NCBI GenBank assembly: GCA_963664815.2
Contig: CAXXHB010000003.1
Coordinates: forward strand, 1,920,001 to 1,984,000
DNA from: Spirochaetota bacterium
Lineage (GTDB): Bacteria; Spirochaetota; UBA4802; UBA5550
Length of the DNA stretch: 64,000 bases
Direction: 5' to 3'
Position 1 is the stretch's first letter, and every line of letters starts with the position of its first letter. Below, in pieces: positions 10,614 through 21,489 of the stretch. The position numbers and the translations under genes were made by a program. The notes beneath the pieces were generated by a model. It did not search any database. It saw only the letters and a list, made by a program, of their open reading frames with translations, and was not told the DNA's origin.

Positions 10614-11843
10614 ATGCCTGATGTAATAATTATTTCAACGGGTTATGAATTTATTTATGGAACTACTATTAATACAAACTGTTCATTCATAAGTAATCTG
10701 TTTTGGGGAAGTAATTTTAAAGTTCTTAAACATATTACAATTGGTGATGAAATCGAATCGATTGTCTCAGTATTGAATCAATCTATAAATGAAGCTGATA
10801 TGGTTATTACTACTGGAGGTCTCGGTCCTGCAGATAATAATAATACTGTGGATGCTGTATGTAGTGTTTTAAATATTCATCCGGTTTTAGATGAAGAATC
10901 GAATAATAAGTTCATTGATTATTACAGATCCATGAATTGTTCAATAAATAATAATGATCATAAAATTTCTACTGTACCCGAGAACTCGCTGGTTATACAA
11001 AACATATATGGTCCTGCTCCTGGATTCATTGTCAGACATATGAATAAAATTATAATATCACTTCCCGGTATTCCATCTCAGGCTGAGAAGATGATGATTA
11101 ATGATATTTTGCCATATCTTAAAAAGTTTTCTGAATTTTATAATAAATTTAATCTTAATTATAAAATATCAGACATAAAAGAATCAGATATAAATAGACT
11201 AATTAATGAATTAAGTTTGCCTGATTCTGTAAAAACATGTATTATATACAGGTCTGGAGTTTACGATGTATTAATCACCGGTTTCACAGAATATTCTGCA
11301 GATAAAGAAAGAATTGATATTTGTGTAAGAAATAAATTCTACCAATATCTGGTCGAATATAATACTGCATTTCCCGAAGAGGAACTGATTTCATTGCTTA
11401 TTGCAAAGAAATTAACGATATCAACGGCTGAATCCTGTACAGGTGGGCTTATAGCAAAAAAAATCACTGATATTTCCGGAGCATCTGAAGTATATAAAGG
11501 TTCTGTTATTGCCTACAGTAATGATATAAAAAAATATTTTCTGGATGTTCCTGTTGAAATTCTCAACAGTTTTGGAGCTGTGAGTGAAGTCACAGCGGCA
11601 AAAATGGCAATTTCAATTAAAAATAAATTCAACACAGATATATCAGTTTCAACTACTGGAATAGCCGGACCAGGCGGAGGTAATGAAACAAAGCCTGTCG
11701 GTATGATATGCTTCGGTTTTAAAATAAAAGAATATCTTTTTACTACTACAAAATTTTTTAAAGGAGAAAGAGATACAATACGAAATCTTTCAAGTCTTTA
11801 TTCTATAAATTATTTAATAAATTATATTAAAAATACATATTAA
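10614..11843 (+). CDS. cinA: CinA-family protein (MocF-like domain plus PncC NMN deamidase)
   Basis: TTGGLGP in N-domain; TAESCTGG, GAVSE and TGIAGPGGG in C-domain. Confidence 0.9.
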   Translation: MPDVIIISTGYEFIYGTTINTNCSFISNLFWGSNFKVLKHITIGDEIESIVSVLNQSINEADMVITTGGLGPADNNNTVDAVCSVLNIHPVLDEESNNKFIDYYRSMNCSINNNDHKISTVPENSLVIQNIYGPAPGFIVRHMNKIIISLPGIPSQAEKMMINDILPYLKKFSEFYNKFNLNYKISDIKESDINRLINELSLPDSVKTCIIYRSGVYDVLITGFTEYSADKERIDICVRNKFYQYLVEYNTAFPEEELISLLIAKKLTISTAESCTGGLIAKKITDISGASEVYKGSVIAYSNDIKKYFLDVPVEILNSFGAVSEVTAAKMAISIKNKFNTDISVSTTGIAGPGGGNETKPVGMICFGFKIKEYLFTTTKFFKGERDTIRNLSSLYSINYLINYIKNTY

Positions 11844-11927
11844 GAAAATAATTATCATATTTTAATATTATGATTTACTCAGCTAGATACATCAGTATAG
11901 ATAGATTTATACTTTATATAATAAATA

Positions 11928-14786
11928 ATGGAATTATTAATGAAACGAATAATATATTTTATAGCTTGTTTTCTTATAATTTCTATAAATAGTTATTCTG
12001 CTTCAGAATCGAGAAATATTTTTAATCAGGGAATTGAAGCATTCAAAGCGGGTAATTATGCATCAGCAGAACTATTATTCAGAAAAACCGAAGAAAATAA
12101 TGATGATTATAGAGACAGGGCATGGTTCTTTCTTGCTAAAACAATTTTTCAACAGGGTAAATATAAAGCAGCTATTTTTGAATTCAATTCTTTTCTTAAT
12201 AAATGCCGAACTGAAAGTTTAAGAATTGAATCACGTTTCTGGATAGGAGAGTCATATTTTAATTTAAATGAAAATCTTAAAGCAATAGAGGAATATAATA
12301 GATTTCTTGAAAAAGCCGATGATCTGAGTTTAATTATAACAGCTCATGATAGAATAGCCACTATATATTTTAAACAGCAAAGATATGAAGAATCAATAAT
12401 TGAATGGGAAAACGCTATAAAGAAAAGTTCTGATAAAGAATTGAATGCATCACTTGTTCTGAAGATTGGTCATGCACTTTTTAAAAATGAGAAATATGAT
12501 GAAGCACTGGAAAGGCTGAATCCTCTTTTAAGTTCAAAAATAGATTCGAAAAAAAAGAGTGAGATAAGGCTGATTATAGGGCAAATATACATGATTCAGG
12601 ATAATCATAAAAAAGCACAGACTACATTTAACGCTATCCCCTCGGAGCTTGCTGAAACCTATCCATATCATGATATGTATTACTTCAGAGCGAAATCTTA
12701 TCTTGATACTGAAAAAAATAATCTTGCTAGAAATGATTTTGAACTTTTTACAATAATTGGTAAAAAGTCAGAATACTACTATGATGGGATGTATGAATAT
12801 GGAAAAATTTTACTTAATTCCGGAAAGCCTGAAACTGGAATAGAAATTCTTGAAAAAGTCTGGGAAAACCAGGAAAAAGTTGATTTATCAATAAAAAGCG
12901 CACTCTTAATGTCTAATTATTATATTGAAAAAGATCACTTAAGAGCGATTAAATATCTCGAAAAGTTCGTATCTTATGACGATGAGGAATTAAAAAAGAG
13001 CATAATTATAACTATCAGTAAAGCTTATATAAAAAATGAAAATTATGATAAAGCAGAAGGTCTTTTAAAATATTACATTGAAAAATTTCCATATGAACAA
13101 AATATTGATGAAGTTAAATTTTTACAGGCACGCATTCTTCTTGAAAAAGGTGATTCTGATAATGCAACAGTTATCTTTAATGATCTGAAAAAGAATAATC
13201 CATTTTCGAAATTTTTAAATGATTCAGATTATTATTTTGCACTTGTAAGTTTTAAAAAAGGCAGGATAGGTGAATCAATTTCATATCTTAAAAGATATGT
13301 TTCGATGAAAGACATAAATTACAGATTTGAGGCTCACCGGTTATTAACTGAACTATATCTTTCTACAGAGGATTCAAAAAATGCTGAAAAAGAAATCAAT
13401 CAATTAATAAATTTATTCCCCAATTATTCAGGTGTTGATAAATTATTGTATAATTTTTCTATATATCTAAATGAAAAAAAAGATAAATCTACATTTAAAT
13501 ATTTTAATATACTCCAGCTTCGCTATCCTGATTCAAACTATGCTTTAATGCTTAATGTTATTTATGGAAATAAATATTTTGAAGCTAAAAATTATAATAA
13601 AGCAATATCTTATTATGAAAAATTCCTCAATAGTAATATTGAGGAATCAAGAGGAATTGCTTACTTTAATATTCTTAAATCTTATTTTTATCTACAACAA
13701 TATGAAAAAGTTATAAGTTTAATAAAAAATGTTAGAATACCTCCGCTTGATGAAAATCAATGGAGAGAATTACCATTGCTACATGCCCGGGCCTGTTATA
13801 AAATTTCAAGATATGATGAAGTTTATAATATTTTGAAATGGGAAGAAATTAAAACATTTAATGATGAAGATGCAAAGATGCTTATAGAAAGCACAATAAA
13901 AACAGGAGATGTTGAAGCTGCAGCTAATTTTATAGATAGAATAAAAGAACGCAATCAATTTCATGGTGAACAATTACTAATACTTGGAAGCTATTATCAG
14001 ACTAAAAAAAATTATATAAAAGCAGAAGAGGTGTATAGTACTCTTCTTCTATCTGAGACTTCCGAAAATATCAAAGAAAAAGCAAGAATTGAACTTGCAA
14101 TAATAAAAATGGAAAATGATGATTTCGATCTTTCCATAAATTATCTCAATCAGGTTGAGATGAATGAAAACATACCAGAAAGAGATTCATTAATTATTAT
14201 TAATCATTTTAATATTGGAAAGGATAAAATTGCTTCAGATATAACAGACTCAAGAATAAAATATTTATTGAAGAATAGGTTTACAGAAAAGGTTTTATTA
14301 TTGAATCTTGAATATAGTTTAAAAAATAAAAATATAAATTCATTTTTAAGATATTCTACATATCTTAAACCTTTCAAGGAAAATGAAAACTATCTGGATT
14401 ATCTCACTGGATTTTTATTTTATAATACAGGAGATTATAAAAGATCATTTAATTATTTTTATAAATTATCTTTAAAAGAAAGTGAATATAAAATGGAATC
14501 AAATTATTATCTTGGAAGACTAAGTCTTTTAAATAATAAGAATAAAATTAATGCGTTGAAATATTTTTTAAAAGCAATTGAGACTGAATCTGAAAACGAT
14601 TATTATTATAAAAGTAAAATTGAAGCAGCAATAATATATTATGAAATGAAAAACATAGAAAATTCTTTGAACTTTTTAAATAATATTATAAAAAGCGGTG
14701 CTAGCAGTAAATACAAAAATGAAGCTGAAAATCTTTTAGAATATTTCAGTTTTACAAATAGTACAGTCGGAGGAAAAGATTCATGA
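11928..14786 (+). CDS. Large exported tetratricopeptide-repeat protein
   Basis: Signal peptide and many TPR-like helical repeats. Confidence 0.85.
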   Translation: MELLMKRIIYFIACFLIISINSYSASESRNIFNQGIEAFKAGNYASAELLFRKTEENNDDYRDRAWFFLAKTIFQQGKYKAAIFEFNSFLNKCRTESLRIESRFWIGESYFNLNENLKAIEEYNRFLEKADDLSLIITAHDRIATIYFKQQRYEESIIEWENAIKKSSDKELNASLVLKIGHALFKNEKYDEALERLNPLLSSKIDSKKKSEIRLIIGQIYMIQDNHKKAQTTFNAIPSELAETYPYHDMYYFRAKSYLDTEKNNLARNDFELFTIIGKKSEYYYDGMYEYGKILLNSGKPETGIEILEKVWENQEKVDLSIKSALLMSNYYIEKDHLRAIKYLEKFVSYDDEELKKSIIITISKAYIKNENYDKAEGLLKYYIEKFPYEQNIDEVKFLQARILLEKGDSDNATVIFNDLKKNNPFSKFLNDSDYYFALVSFKKGRIGESISYLKRYVSMKDINYRFEAHRLLTELYLSTEDSKNAEKEINQLINLFPNYSGVDKLLYNFSIYLNEKKDKSTFKYFNILQLRYPDSNYALMLNVIYGNKYFEAKNYNKAISYYEKFLNSNIEESRGIAYFNILKSYFYLQQYEKVISLIKNVRIPPLDENQWRELPLLHARACYKISRYDEVYNILKWEEIKTFNDEDAKMLIESTIKTGDVEAAANFIDRIKERNQFHGEQLLILGSYYQTKKNYIKAEEVYSTLLLSETSENIKEKARIELAIIKMENDDFDLSINYLNQVEMNENIPERDSLIIINHFNIGKDKIASDITDSRIKYLLKNRFTEKVLLLNLEYSLKNKNINSFLRYSTYLKPFKENENYLDYLTGFLFYNTGDYKRSFNYFYKLSLKESEYKMESNYYLGRLSLLNNKNKINALKYFLKAIETESENDYYYKSKIEAAIIYYEMKNIENSLNFLNNIIKSGASSKYKNEAENLLEYFSFTNSTVGGKDS

Positions 14787-15211
14787 AGAATGCTGAAAAG
14801 GGAATGAATGTTCCAGATGATTTAAAATATAATGATAATCATCAATGGATCAAGATGATTGATGATATAACCGGTATATGCGGCATAACAGATTTTTCAC
14901 AGAATAATCTTGGTGAAATAACTTTTATTGAATTTATCAATAATATTGCGAATTGTGAAGTTAACGAAAAAGAAAAAATTGCTATCATCGAATCTATAAA
15001 AGAATCTTTGGATATATATTCTATTGTTTCAGGGAAAATAATAGATATTAACAGAAATCTTGAGGATTCACCAGAAATTGTTAATAATGATCCATACGGT
15101 GAAGGCTGGATTTTTAAAATTGAAGTGGAAGATATTGACAATATTGATGATCTTATGGATCCTGACGAATATCTCGAAATTATAATGCCCGAAGATTTTT
15201 TAGATATATAA
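14783..15211 (+). CDS. gcvH: Glycine cleavage system H protein (lipoyl carrier)
   Basis: GITDFSQNNLGEI, IESIK with lipoyl Lys, VNNDPYGEGW. Confidence 0.88.
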   Translation: MKNAEKGMNVPDDLKYNDNHQWIKMIDDITGICGITDFSQNNLGEITFIEFINNIANCEVNEKEKIAIIESIKESLDIYSIVSGKIIDINRNLEDSPEIVNNDPYGEGWIFKIEVEDIDNIDDLMDPDEYLEIIMPEDFLDI

Positions 15212-15279
15212 AATATCAACTTCCGATAAGATATATTATGTCTCTTTAATTTTTTTTATTCTCTTTTTTAATTTAGCCG

Positions 15280-15768
15280 TTAATCATAATATAAAAGTGA
15301 TACAGTATAAACAGCTATACCTTCTCCTCTACCTGTAAATCCAAGTTTTTCTGTAGTTTTTCCTTTAATTCCTATACAATCAGATTGAATCATTCCATTT
15401 GTTGCTTCAGATATTTTTTCTTTCATTTTCTGAATATAAGGACTTATTTTTGGAGCTTCACAAACAATTATTGAATCAGTATTAATTACTTTAAACCCAT
15501 TAGCTTTTAGCTTTTCACAGACATTTTCGAGAAGGTGTAAACTGCTTATGTTTTTATAAGCTGGATCAGTGTCGGGAAATAATCGTCCAATATCGCCAAT
15601 ATTCGCAGGACTTAAAAAAGAATCTATTATTGAGTGAACTAAAACATCTGCATCTGAATGACCAAGCAAACCGAGATGATAATCTATTTTTACACCACCA
15701 ATTATTAAATCTCTATCTTTTATTAAAGAATGTACATCAAATCCATTACCAATTCTATAATTGATCAT
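15280..15768 (-). CDS. ispF: 2-C-methyl-D-erythritol 2,4-cyclodiphosphate synthase
   Basis: RIGNGFDVH, GHSDADV, GDIGRLFPD, KTTEKLGFTGRGEG. Confidence 0.97.
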   Translation of the reverse strand: MINYRIGNGFDVHSLIKDRDLIIGGVKIDYHLGLLGHSDADVLVHSIIDSFLSPANIGDIGRLFPDTDPAYKNISSLHLLENVCEKLKANGFKVINTDSIIVCEAPKISPYIQKMKEKISEATNGMIQSDCIGIKGKTTEKLGFTGRGEGIAVYTVSLLYYD

Positions 15769-15774
15769 ATTTTG

Positions 15775-16086
15775 TTAAAGATTAAACACATCAGACAGAG
15801 AGCTTAATTTAAGAACATTCAGGACTTTAGAACTGACTTTTTCAATATTCAGATCTTTTCCTTTTTTTTTCTGTAGTTTAAGAAGACTTATAAGAACGCC
15901 AACTCCGGAAGAATCAATATAATCAACTTCAGAAAGATCAATTTCAATATCTTTATCCGTATTTTGGCCAATCTCAAAAAGTTTTTGTTTAAAAGCTTTG
16001 ATCGACATCATTTCTATGTCGCCATGAACTTTTAAAAAAACAGTATCATCACGTTCTTGAACATCAATTTCCATATAATCATCCAA
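15775..16086 (-). CDS. STAS-domain anti-sigma factor antagonist
   Basis: DLSEVDYIDSSGVGVL motif. Confidence 0.92.
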   Translation of the reverse strand: MDDYMEIDVQERDDTVFLKVHGDIEMMSIKAFKQKLFEIGQNTDKDIEIDLSEVDYIDSSGVGVLISLLKLQKKKGKDLNIEKVSSKVLNVLKLSSLSDVFNL

Positions 16087-16160
16087 TATTAATTATAATC
16101 ATATTTAAAATAACACCAATAAACTATAAGTCAAATTAATTTTACAGAAGCATATTAAAA

Positions 16161-18224
16161 TTAGTCGGAAAAATCAATATCAATTATTATCAATCTCGGG
16201 TACAATTTTCCCATATATTCATTGTTTTCCAGTTTAAAAATTAAATCAATATCTTTTTTAGAATTATAAAAAAATGACATAATATCAGACATATTCCAAC
16301 CAATTGCGTGAAGAGATTTATTAATAATATATTTCCCATGATTTTCCTGATTACCGAAAGTGGAAAAGTTTTCTATTCTAATATTATTAGATAAAAACAA
16401 TGGTTCATCATTTCCTTTACCAAATGGCTCAAGGATTGATAAATTTTTAATAAACCCGGAATTTATTTCCTTAAGGTCAATAAATGCATTTAACTTAAAA
16501 CTTTTGTTAGAAATAAATTTATCAACAATGGAATTATTTAATCTGTCAGCAATTTCCTTAATATTTTTTATATCAGCAGTGAATCCAAATGCCTGTGCAT
16601 GTCCCCCTACTCGTTCAAACAAATGATGAAAATCAGCAGTATAATTAAAGAAATCAAAATTTGCTGTGCTTCTGGCGGAACCTTTAAAAATTCCATTCAT
16701 ATCTGTACCAGTTGCAATTACAACAGGTTTTTTATAATCATCAACAAGCCTGTTAGCGATCAAACCTGCAATACCCTCACTTATTTCATCATGCATATAA
16801 AAAAAAATTTTATCGTCTATTATAATGTTTGTTTTTTCACTGGCAATTTTTCCAATTATTTCTAAAACAAGTTTTTTTCTTTCTTTATTAATTTTCTGAA
16901 TTTTCTTTAATATTAATTCTGTTTTAGAATTATCCTTCTCTAAAAAAAAATTAACAGTTAAATCTGTTTCTCCCATTCTGCCTGGCGCATTTAATAGTGG
17001 AGCAATGTCCCAGCTTATTGTTTTTGATGTTGTGGATGATTTATTAATTATTGATAAAATTCCAATATGTCCTTTTTTGTTATTCATAAGTGAAAGCCCA
17101 TATTTAACAAACTGTCGATTTTCACCATGTAATGGCATAATATCTGCTATTGTACCAATAGCAACAAGAACAATATATTCGCTGAGAATAGAAATTATTT
17201 TTTTTAAACTTCTCGCTTGCAACTCCTTGAAGATTTTGTAATATAATTCAAATTCACTTTTGATATTTTTATTGTTAATATTAAATTCTAAAGAAAGCAT
17301 ATTAATCATTTGATTGAAATCGGAATAATTAGTTTTGTTGAATGAAGATGCTATTTTTCTAATATCAGTAATTATAATATTACTATAAATTGATTTTAAT
17401 ATTGATTCCAATTCCAAACTTTCAATGTTTAATAAAACTACCTGATCAGTAGTTTTTATAAAAGTTGTAATTGTATTAATCAGATCATCTTTCTCTATAA
17501 TAAACTCATCTGTTGAAACTCCATTTTTTACAGATTTAATTGTATATAAATGGTTTTTTTTGTAAATAAGTACAAAATTTACATTATAAATGGAAGTGAA
17601 ACTGAAAAGAAAAGCATGTGCAAATTTAAAAGCTACACCAACACCGGCCAGTTCTTTGAATGGATACAAACAATTATTTTTTTTTGGATTAATAATTATT
17701 GCATCGGGTAATGATTTACCCTGCTCATGATGATCTGTTATAACAAAATCAATACCATTTTTTTTCCCATAATTTATTTCTTCAACATCACGAATTCCGG
17801 AATCAACAGTTATTACAAGGTTTACTTTTTCCTTAATAAATTCATCGATAATATTACATGTGAGACCATAACTTTCTTTTGCTTTTGGATATCTGATTAT
17901 TGCATTACACCCTGCTCTATTCAAGACACTATGAATAATTGTTAATGATGTTATACCATCGAGATCTGAATCTCCAAAGATTGCAATTTTTTCACCATTT
18001 TTTATAGCTGTTTTAAGACGGCTTACTGCATCATAGATTCCATCGAGTAAGAAAGGGCTATGAAGATTGTTAAGTTCTGGATAAAGGAATTCTGTAATCT
18101 CATTAGATGTCTTTATTCCCCGGGAATAAAGTATTGAAACAATATTTTTATCAATGCCAATATCTTGTGAAATATTTTCGATTTCCAGAGAATCTAGTTC
18201 CGGAAAAAGCCAATCGGACTTCAT
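16161..18224 (-). CDS. recJ: Single-stranded-DNA exonuclease RecJ
   Basis: GDSDLDG, TVDSG, TDHH, GTIADIMPL, GSARS, GGHAQAFG. Confidence 0.93.
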   Translation of the reverse strand: MKSDWLFPELDSLEIENISQDIGIDKNIVSILYSRGIKTSNEITEFLYPELNNLHSPFLLDGIYDAVSRLKTAIKNGEKIAIFGDSDLDGITSLTIIHSVLNRAGCNAIIRYPKAKESYGLTCNIIDEFIKEKVNLVITVDSGIRDVEEINYGKKNGIDFVITDHHEQGKSLPDAIIINPKKNNCLYPFKELAGVGVAFKFAHAFLFSFTSIYNVNFVLIYKKNHLYTIKSVKNGVSTDEFIIEKDDLINTITTFIKTTDQVVLLNIESLELESILKSIYSNIIITDIRKIASSFNKTNYSDFNQMINMLSLEFNINNKNIKSEFELYYKIFKELQARSLKKIISILSEYIVLVAIGTIADIMPLHGENRQFVKYGLSLMNNKKGHIGILSIINKSSTTSKTISWDIAPLLNAPGRMGETDLTVNFFLEKDNSKTELILKKIQKINKERKKLVLEIIGKIASEKTNIIIDDKIFFYMHDEISEGIAGLIANRLVDDYKKPVVIATGTDMNGIFKGSARSTANFDFFNYTADFHHLFERVGGHAQAFGFTADIKNIKEIADRLNNSIVDKFISNKSFKLNAFIDLKEINSGFIKNLSILEPFGKGNDEPLFLSNNIRIENFSTFGNQENHGKYIINKSLHAIGWNMSDIMSFFYNSKKDIDLIFKLENNEYMGKLYPRLIIIDIDFSD

Positions 18225-18910
18225 TAATTTTTTTTATCCTGAACCTTTTCAGACATTTTTGTTGCAAGAAAAACAGCTTTATCATTTGAACTTTTTGCAA
18301 TATATTCTAATTTAAATTTATCAATTTTTTTAATTAACGGAGCAACTTCAGACAGAAAATTCTTTATCTCAGAATCTTTGGTTTTAAAATCTGAATTCAA
18401 CTGCCTGAAAAGGGTCTCAGAATCTGTCCTGATTTTTATTTCGCTGACTTGAAAATATTCGGCGAGTTTAAGAGCTCGTATAAGTACAAAACGCTCAGCG
18501 ATGAAAGTTGTTCTTTTTCCTATATACTCGGAAACCTTACCAACCTGTCTGTCCTGCTGATCAAATATGACTATACCTATTCCCGCATGTCCTGGATTTC
18601 CAGTGGATATTCCGGCTATATTCATTGTTAATTGTGCATTTACAGGAATAGCGTTCAGCTCTGCTCCGGAAAGTATCTCCTTGATATAGTTCTGATCAGA
18701 AATTATGTTGTTATCAGTATTAACAGTCGTTTTCTTTTTTAAAACAACTTTTCTTTTTGAAATATTTTTTTCATGTTTTGCAAGGAGATCCCTTGCTTCT
18801 TCAATAAGATTTACTACATCAGCAGAATCACATTCTGCAAGTTCAGCAATTTTTTCAATTGTTTTGCCTTCTGATACCAGCTGTAGTACACGATCTATAC
18901 TTAAAAGCAT
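18224..18910 (-). CDS. RNase HI-like protein with N-terminal HTH; catalytic residues degenerate
   Basis: AGISTGNPGHAGIG, IRTDSE and NDKAVFLA align to RNase HI motifs DGAS-GNPG, DS and N-AD-LA. Confidence 0.75.
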   Translation of the reverse strand: MLLSIDRVLQLVSEGKTIEKIAELAECDSADVVNLIEEARDLLAKHEKNISKRKVVLKKKTTVNTDNNIISDQNYIKEILSGAELNAIPVNAQLTMNIAGISTGNPGHAGIGIVIFDQQDRQVGKVSEYIGKRTTFIAERFVLIRALKLAEYFQVSEIKIRTDSETLFRQLNSDFKTKDSEIKNFLSEVAPLIKKIDKFKLEYIAKSSNDKAVFLATKMSEKVQDKKN

Positions 18911-18934
18911 TTTTTATTCTCCGGTTTTGGTGAT

Positions 18935-19630
18935 TCAATAGATAAAACGTCCACAGTTAGTGCAGATCTCAATTTTCTTATAACTTAATGCTGATACAGC
19001 AATTGCTGAAGGAATATCAAAATTACAATGACTGCACGTTTCACCATTTAACTTAGCTATTGCGATTCCATCTTTTGAAGTGATCAATTTGGTAAATCTT
19101 GATTTGTTTGCAGGGGAAAGAGATGGTAAAAGTTCATTGAACCTGTTTTTAAAAGATTCAGATTCTTTGATATTGTTTAAGATTTTTTTATTTAATTCAT
19201 CAATGTCTGTTTTAATCTGTTTATCTGACTCGTAAAACTCATTTTTATATATTGAAAGATCAGACTCTGTTTTTTCAAGATTATCAATTAACTCAAATAT
19301 TTTTTCTTCAAGGGCCTCTTTAGAATCGTTAAGGAGAATGACTTCATTGTTTTGTGCCTCTATCTCTCTTTCAGATTTTAACTGGTTTATTCTTTGTTCG
19401 ATTTTTTTTATTTTTAATTCAGTATCTTCAAGATCTAGTTCATTTTTTTTTAAATTCATTTTCAGAGTTTTAACTCTTGATTCATTGTCTGAAACTTTTA
19501 ATGAAATTTCATTTAACCTGCTTTCCCAGGTCTTAATAGATTTTTTAAACCTGTCATTTTCAGCTTCGGATTTTAAAACATTATCCCAATAATGCTGTAG
19601 TTCAATCATTATACTGATTTCATTTTTCAT
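18935..19630 (-). CDS. Coiled-coil protein with C4 zinc ribbon (DUF164/CT398-like)
   Basis: Long coiled coil, CSHC...CTNCGRFIY; usual neighbour of Nif3 and RNase H genes. Confidence 0.88.
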   Translation of the reverse strand: MKNEISIMIELQHYWDNVLKSEAENDRFKKSIKTWESRLNEISLKVSDNESRVKTLKMNLKKNELDLEDTELKIKKIEQRINQLKSEREIEAQNNEVILLNDSKEALEEKIFELIDNLEKTESDLSIYKNEFYESDKQIKTDIDELNKKILNNIKESESFKNRFNELLPSLSPANKSRFTKLITSKDGIAIAKLNGETCSHCNFDIPSAIAVSALSYKKIEICTNCGRFIY

Positions 19631-19632
19631 TT

Positions 19633-20427
19633 TTATTTATATACTTGAAATGGATTTTTTTCTACATCTGATATTACTATTTCAATTTTTTCATCATACA
19701 ATACATTAGCTACGCTTTGAGCAAGCAACTTTTTAAAAATAAATTCAGTTCCGAAGTGGCCGGCATCAATAAATGCTGTACCGGAATCAATGGCATATTT
19801 AGCATGATGATAATTAACATCTCCGGTAATAATACAATCCGGTTTGTGTGAAGCAATTACTTTTTCAATTGAGCTGCCACCCGATCCATTTATAAATGCA
19901 ATAGATCTTATAATTTTATTTTTATCGCCTGAATAAATAACAAAATCCAGTCCAAGTTTATTTTTTGTATTATATAGTATTTCTGAAAAATATTGAAATT
20001 GATTGAGAATAATATATGATCCAAATCCGGTTATTGTATCAGGCAGTTCCATGGTATTATTCAATGGAATACTGTCGGGATATCCCAGAAAATCTGATAG
20101 TGCTTTATACATAATCTTATCATAATTTGTATGCAAAGCAAATAATGAAATTTTTTCAGTTATCAAATTAATCAGTATTTCGGATCTGGATTCATTTGAT
20201 ACAATTTTTTTCACAGGTTTAAATATTAATGGATGATGGCAGATTATTAAATTACAATTTTTTTCTTTTGCATTATTAACTGTATGGTGATCAGCATCAA
20301 GACAGATATATATTCTTTTTAATAATTCCTCATCGAATATTATCTGAGTTCCGGTATTATCATATGATTCCTGTATATTATCAGGAAATTCATTATTAAT
20401 TCTTTTTATTATTTCATTTATTTTCAT
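19633..20427 (-). CDS. Nif3-like dinuclear metal centre protein
   Basis: YDNTG, HHPLIF, HTNYD, ITGDV, DAGHFGTE. Confidence 0.93.
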   Translation of the reverse strand: MKINEIIKRINNEFPDNIQESYDNTGTQIIFDEELLKRIYICLDADHHTVNNAKEKNCNLIICHHPLIFKPVKKIVSNESRSEILINLITEKISLFALHTNYDKIMYKALSDFLGYPDSIPLNNTMELPDTITGFGSYIILNQFQYFSEILYNTKNKLGLDFVIYSGDKNKIIRSIAFINGSGGSSIEKVIASHKPDCIITGDVNYHHAKYAIDSGTAFIDAGHFGTEFIFKKLLAQSVANVLYDEKIEIVISDVEKNPFQVYK

Positions 20428-20442
20428 AGATAAATACTTCCG

Positions 20443-21489
20443 CTAAATTATAAACATTGCATCACCATATGAAAAAAACCTGTATTCTTTTTTAACAGCT
20501 TCTTCATATGCTTTCATAACAAGTTCATATCCGGCAAAAGCAGCAACGAGCATAAGAAGTGTTGATTCAGGTGTATGTAAATTTGTAAATAGAGCATCTA
20601 CAGATTTAATTTCATAAGGCGGATATATAAAAATATCTGTATAACCTTCACCGGCGACATTCTTACCATTTTTAAATGTGCTTTCAAGAACGCGCAGAGA
20701 TGTTGTACCAATTGCAATAATTCTTCTGCCTGCAACTCTTGCGGAATTTATTTTTTCCGCAGAATACTTATCAAGAATAAATTTTTCCGAGTGCATTTTG
20801 TGTTTTGCAATAACGTTGTGTCTTACAGGGCTGAAGGTTCCCCATGAGACATGCAGTGTTGTAAAAATTAATTCAACTCCTTTGTCCTTAATCGAGTTTA
20901 AAACATCATCAGTAAAATGAAGCCCTGCGGTTGGTGCAGCGACAGCTCCATACTCTTTGGCATAGATAGTTTGATATCTATCAGCATCAAAACTGTAACT
21001 TTCTCGTTTAATATATGGCGGGAGTGGTACCTCTCCTATTTCAAGGAGAAATTCTTCAGTAAGTTCAATATCGGTATCAATTTCAATATATTCTCCGGAT
21101 CGACCAACAACAGTAAAAATTAAATCCTGATTCTTTAAAGGTGAGAAACAATCATTGATTTTTAATTTTTTTGATCTGTTTGAAATGACAAACCAGCGTT
21201 TTCCGGAGATTTTTTGAGTGAGAACTATTTCTAATAATGCGCCTGTTTTTTTTAAGCAATATATTCTTGCGTTGATTACTTTAGTGTTATTAAAGACAAG
21301 AATATCATCTTTATTTAAATATTCTATGAATGATTTGAAACCTGAATGTTTAAATTCTCCACTGCTTCTGTTTAGTAAAAAAAGCCTGGAATCATCTCTT
21401 GATTCAACAGGTTTCTGAGCGATTAACCTTTCCGGCAGGTTATAGTAGAAATCCTTAAGAGTATATTCTTCTTTTTGTACTTTCATCAA
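20443..21489 (-). CDS. queA: SAM:tRNA ribosyltransferase-isomerase QueA
   Basis: LIAQKP, PLPPYI, YQTIYA, AVAAPTAGLHF, YRFFSYGDAM. Confidence 0.97.
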   Translation of the reverse strand: MMKVQKEEYTLKDFYYNLPERLIAQKPVESRDDSRLFLLNRSSGEFKHSGFKSFIEYLNKDDILVFNNTKVINARIYCLKKTGALLEIVLTQKISGKRWFVISNRSKKLKINDCFSPLKNQDLIFTVVGRSGEYIEIDTDIELTEEFLLEIGEVPLPPYIKRESYSFDADRYQTIYAKEYGAVAAPTAGLHFTDDVLNSIKDKGVELIFTTLHVSWGTFSPVRHNVIAKHKMHSEKFILDKYSAEKINSARVAGRRIIAIGTTSLRVLESTFKNGKNVAGEGYTDIFIYPPYEIKSVDALFTNLHTPESTLLMLVAAFAGYELVMKAYEEAVKKEYRFFSYGDAMFII

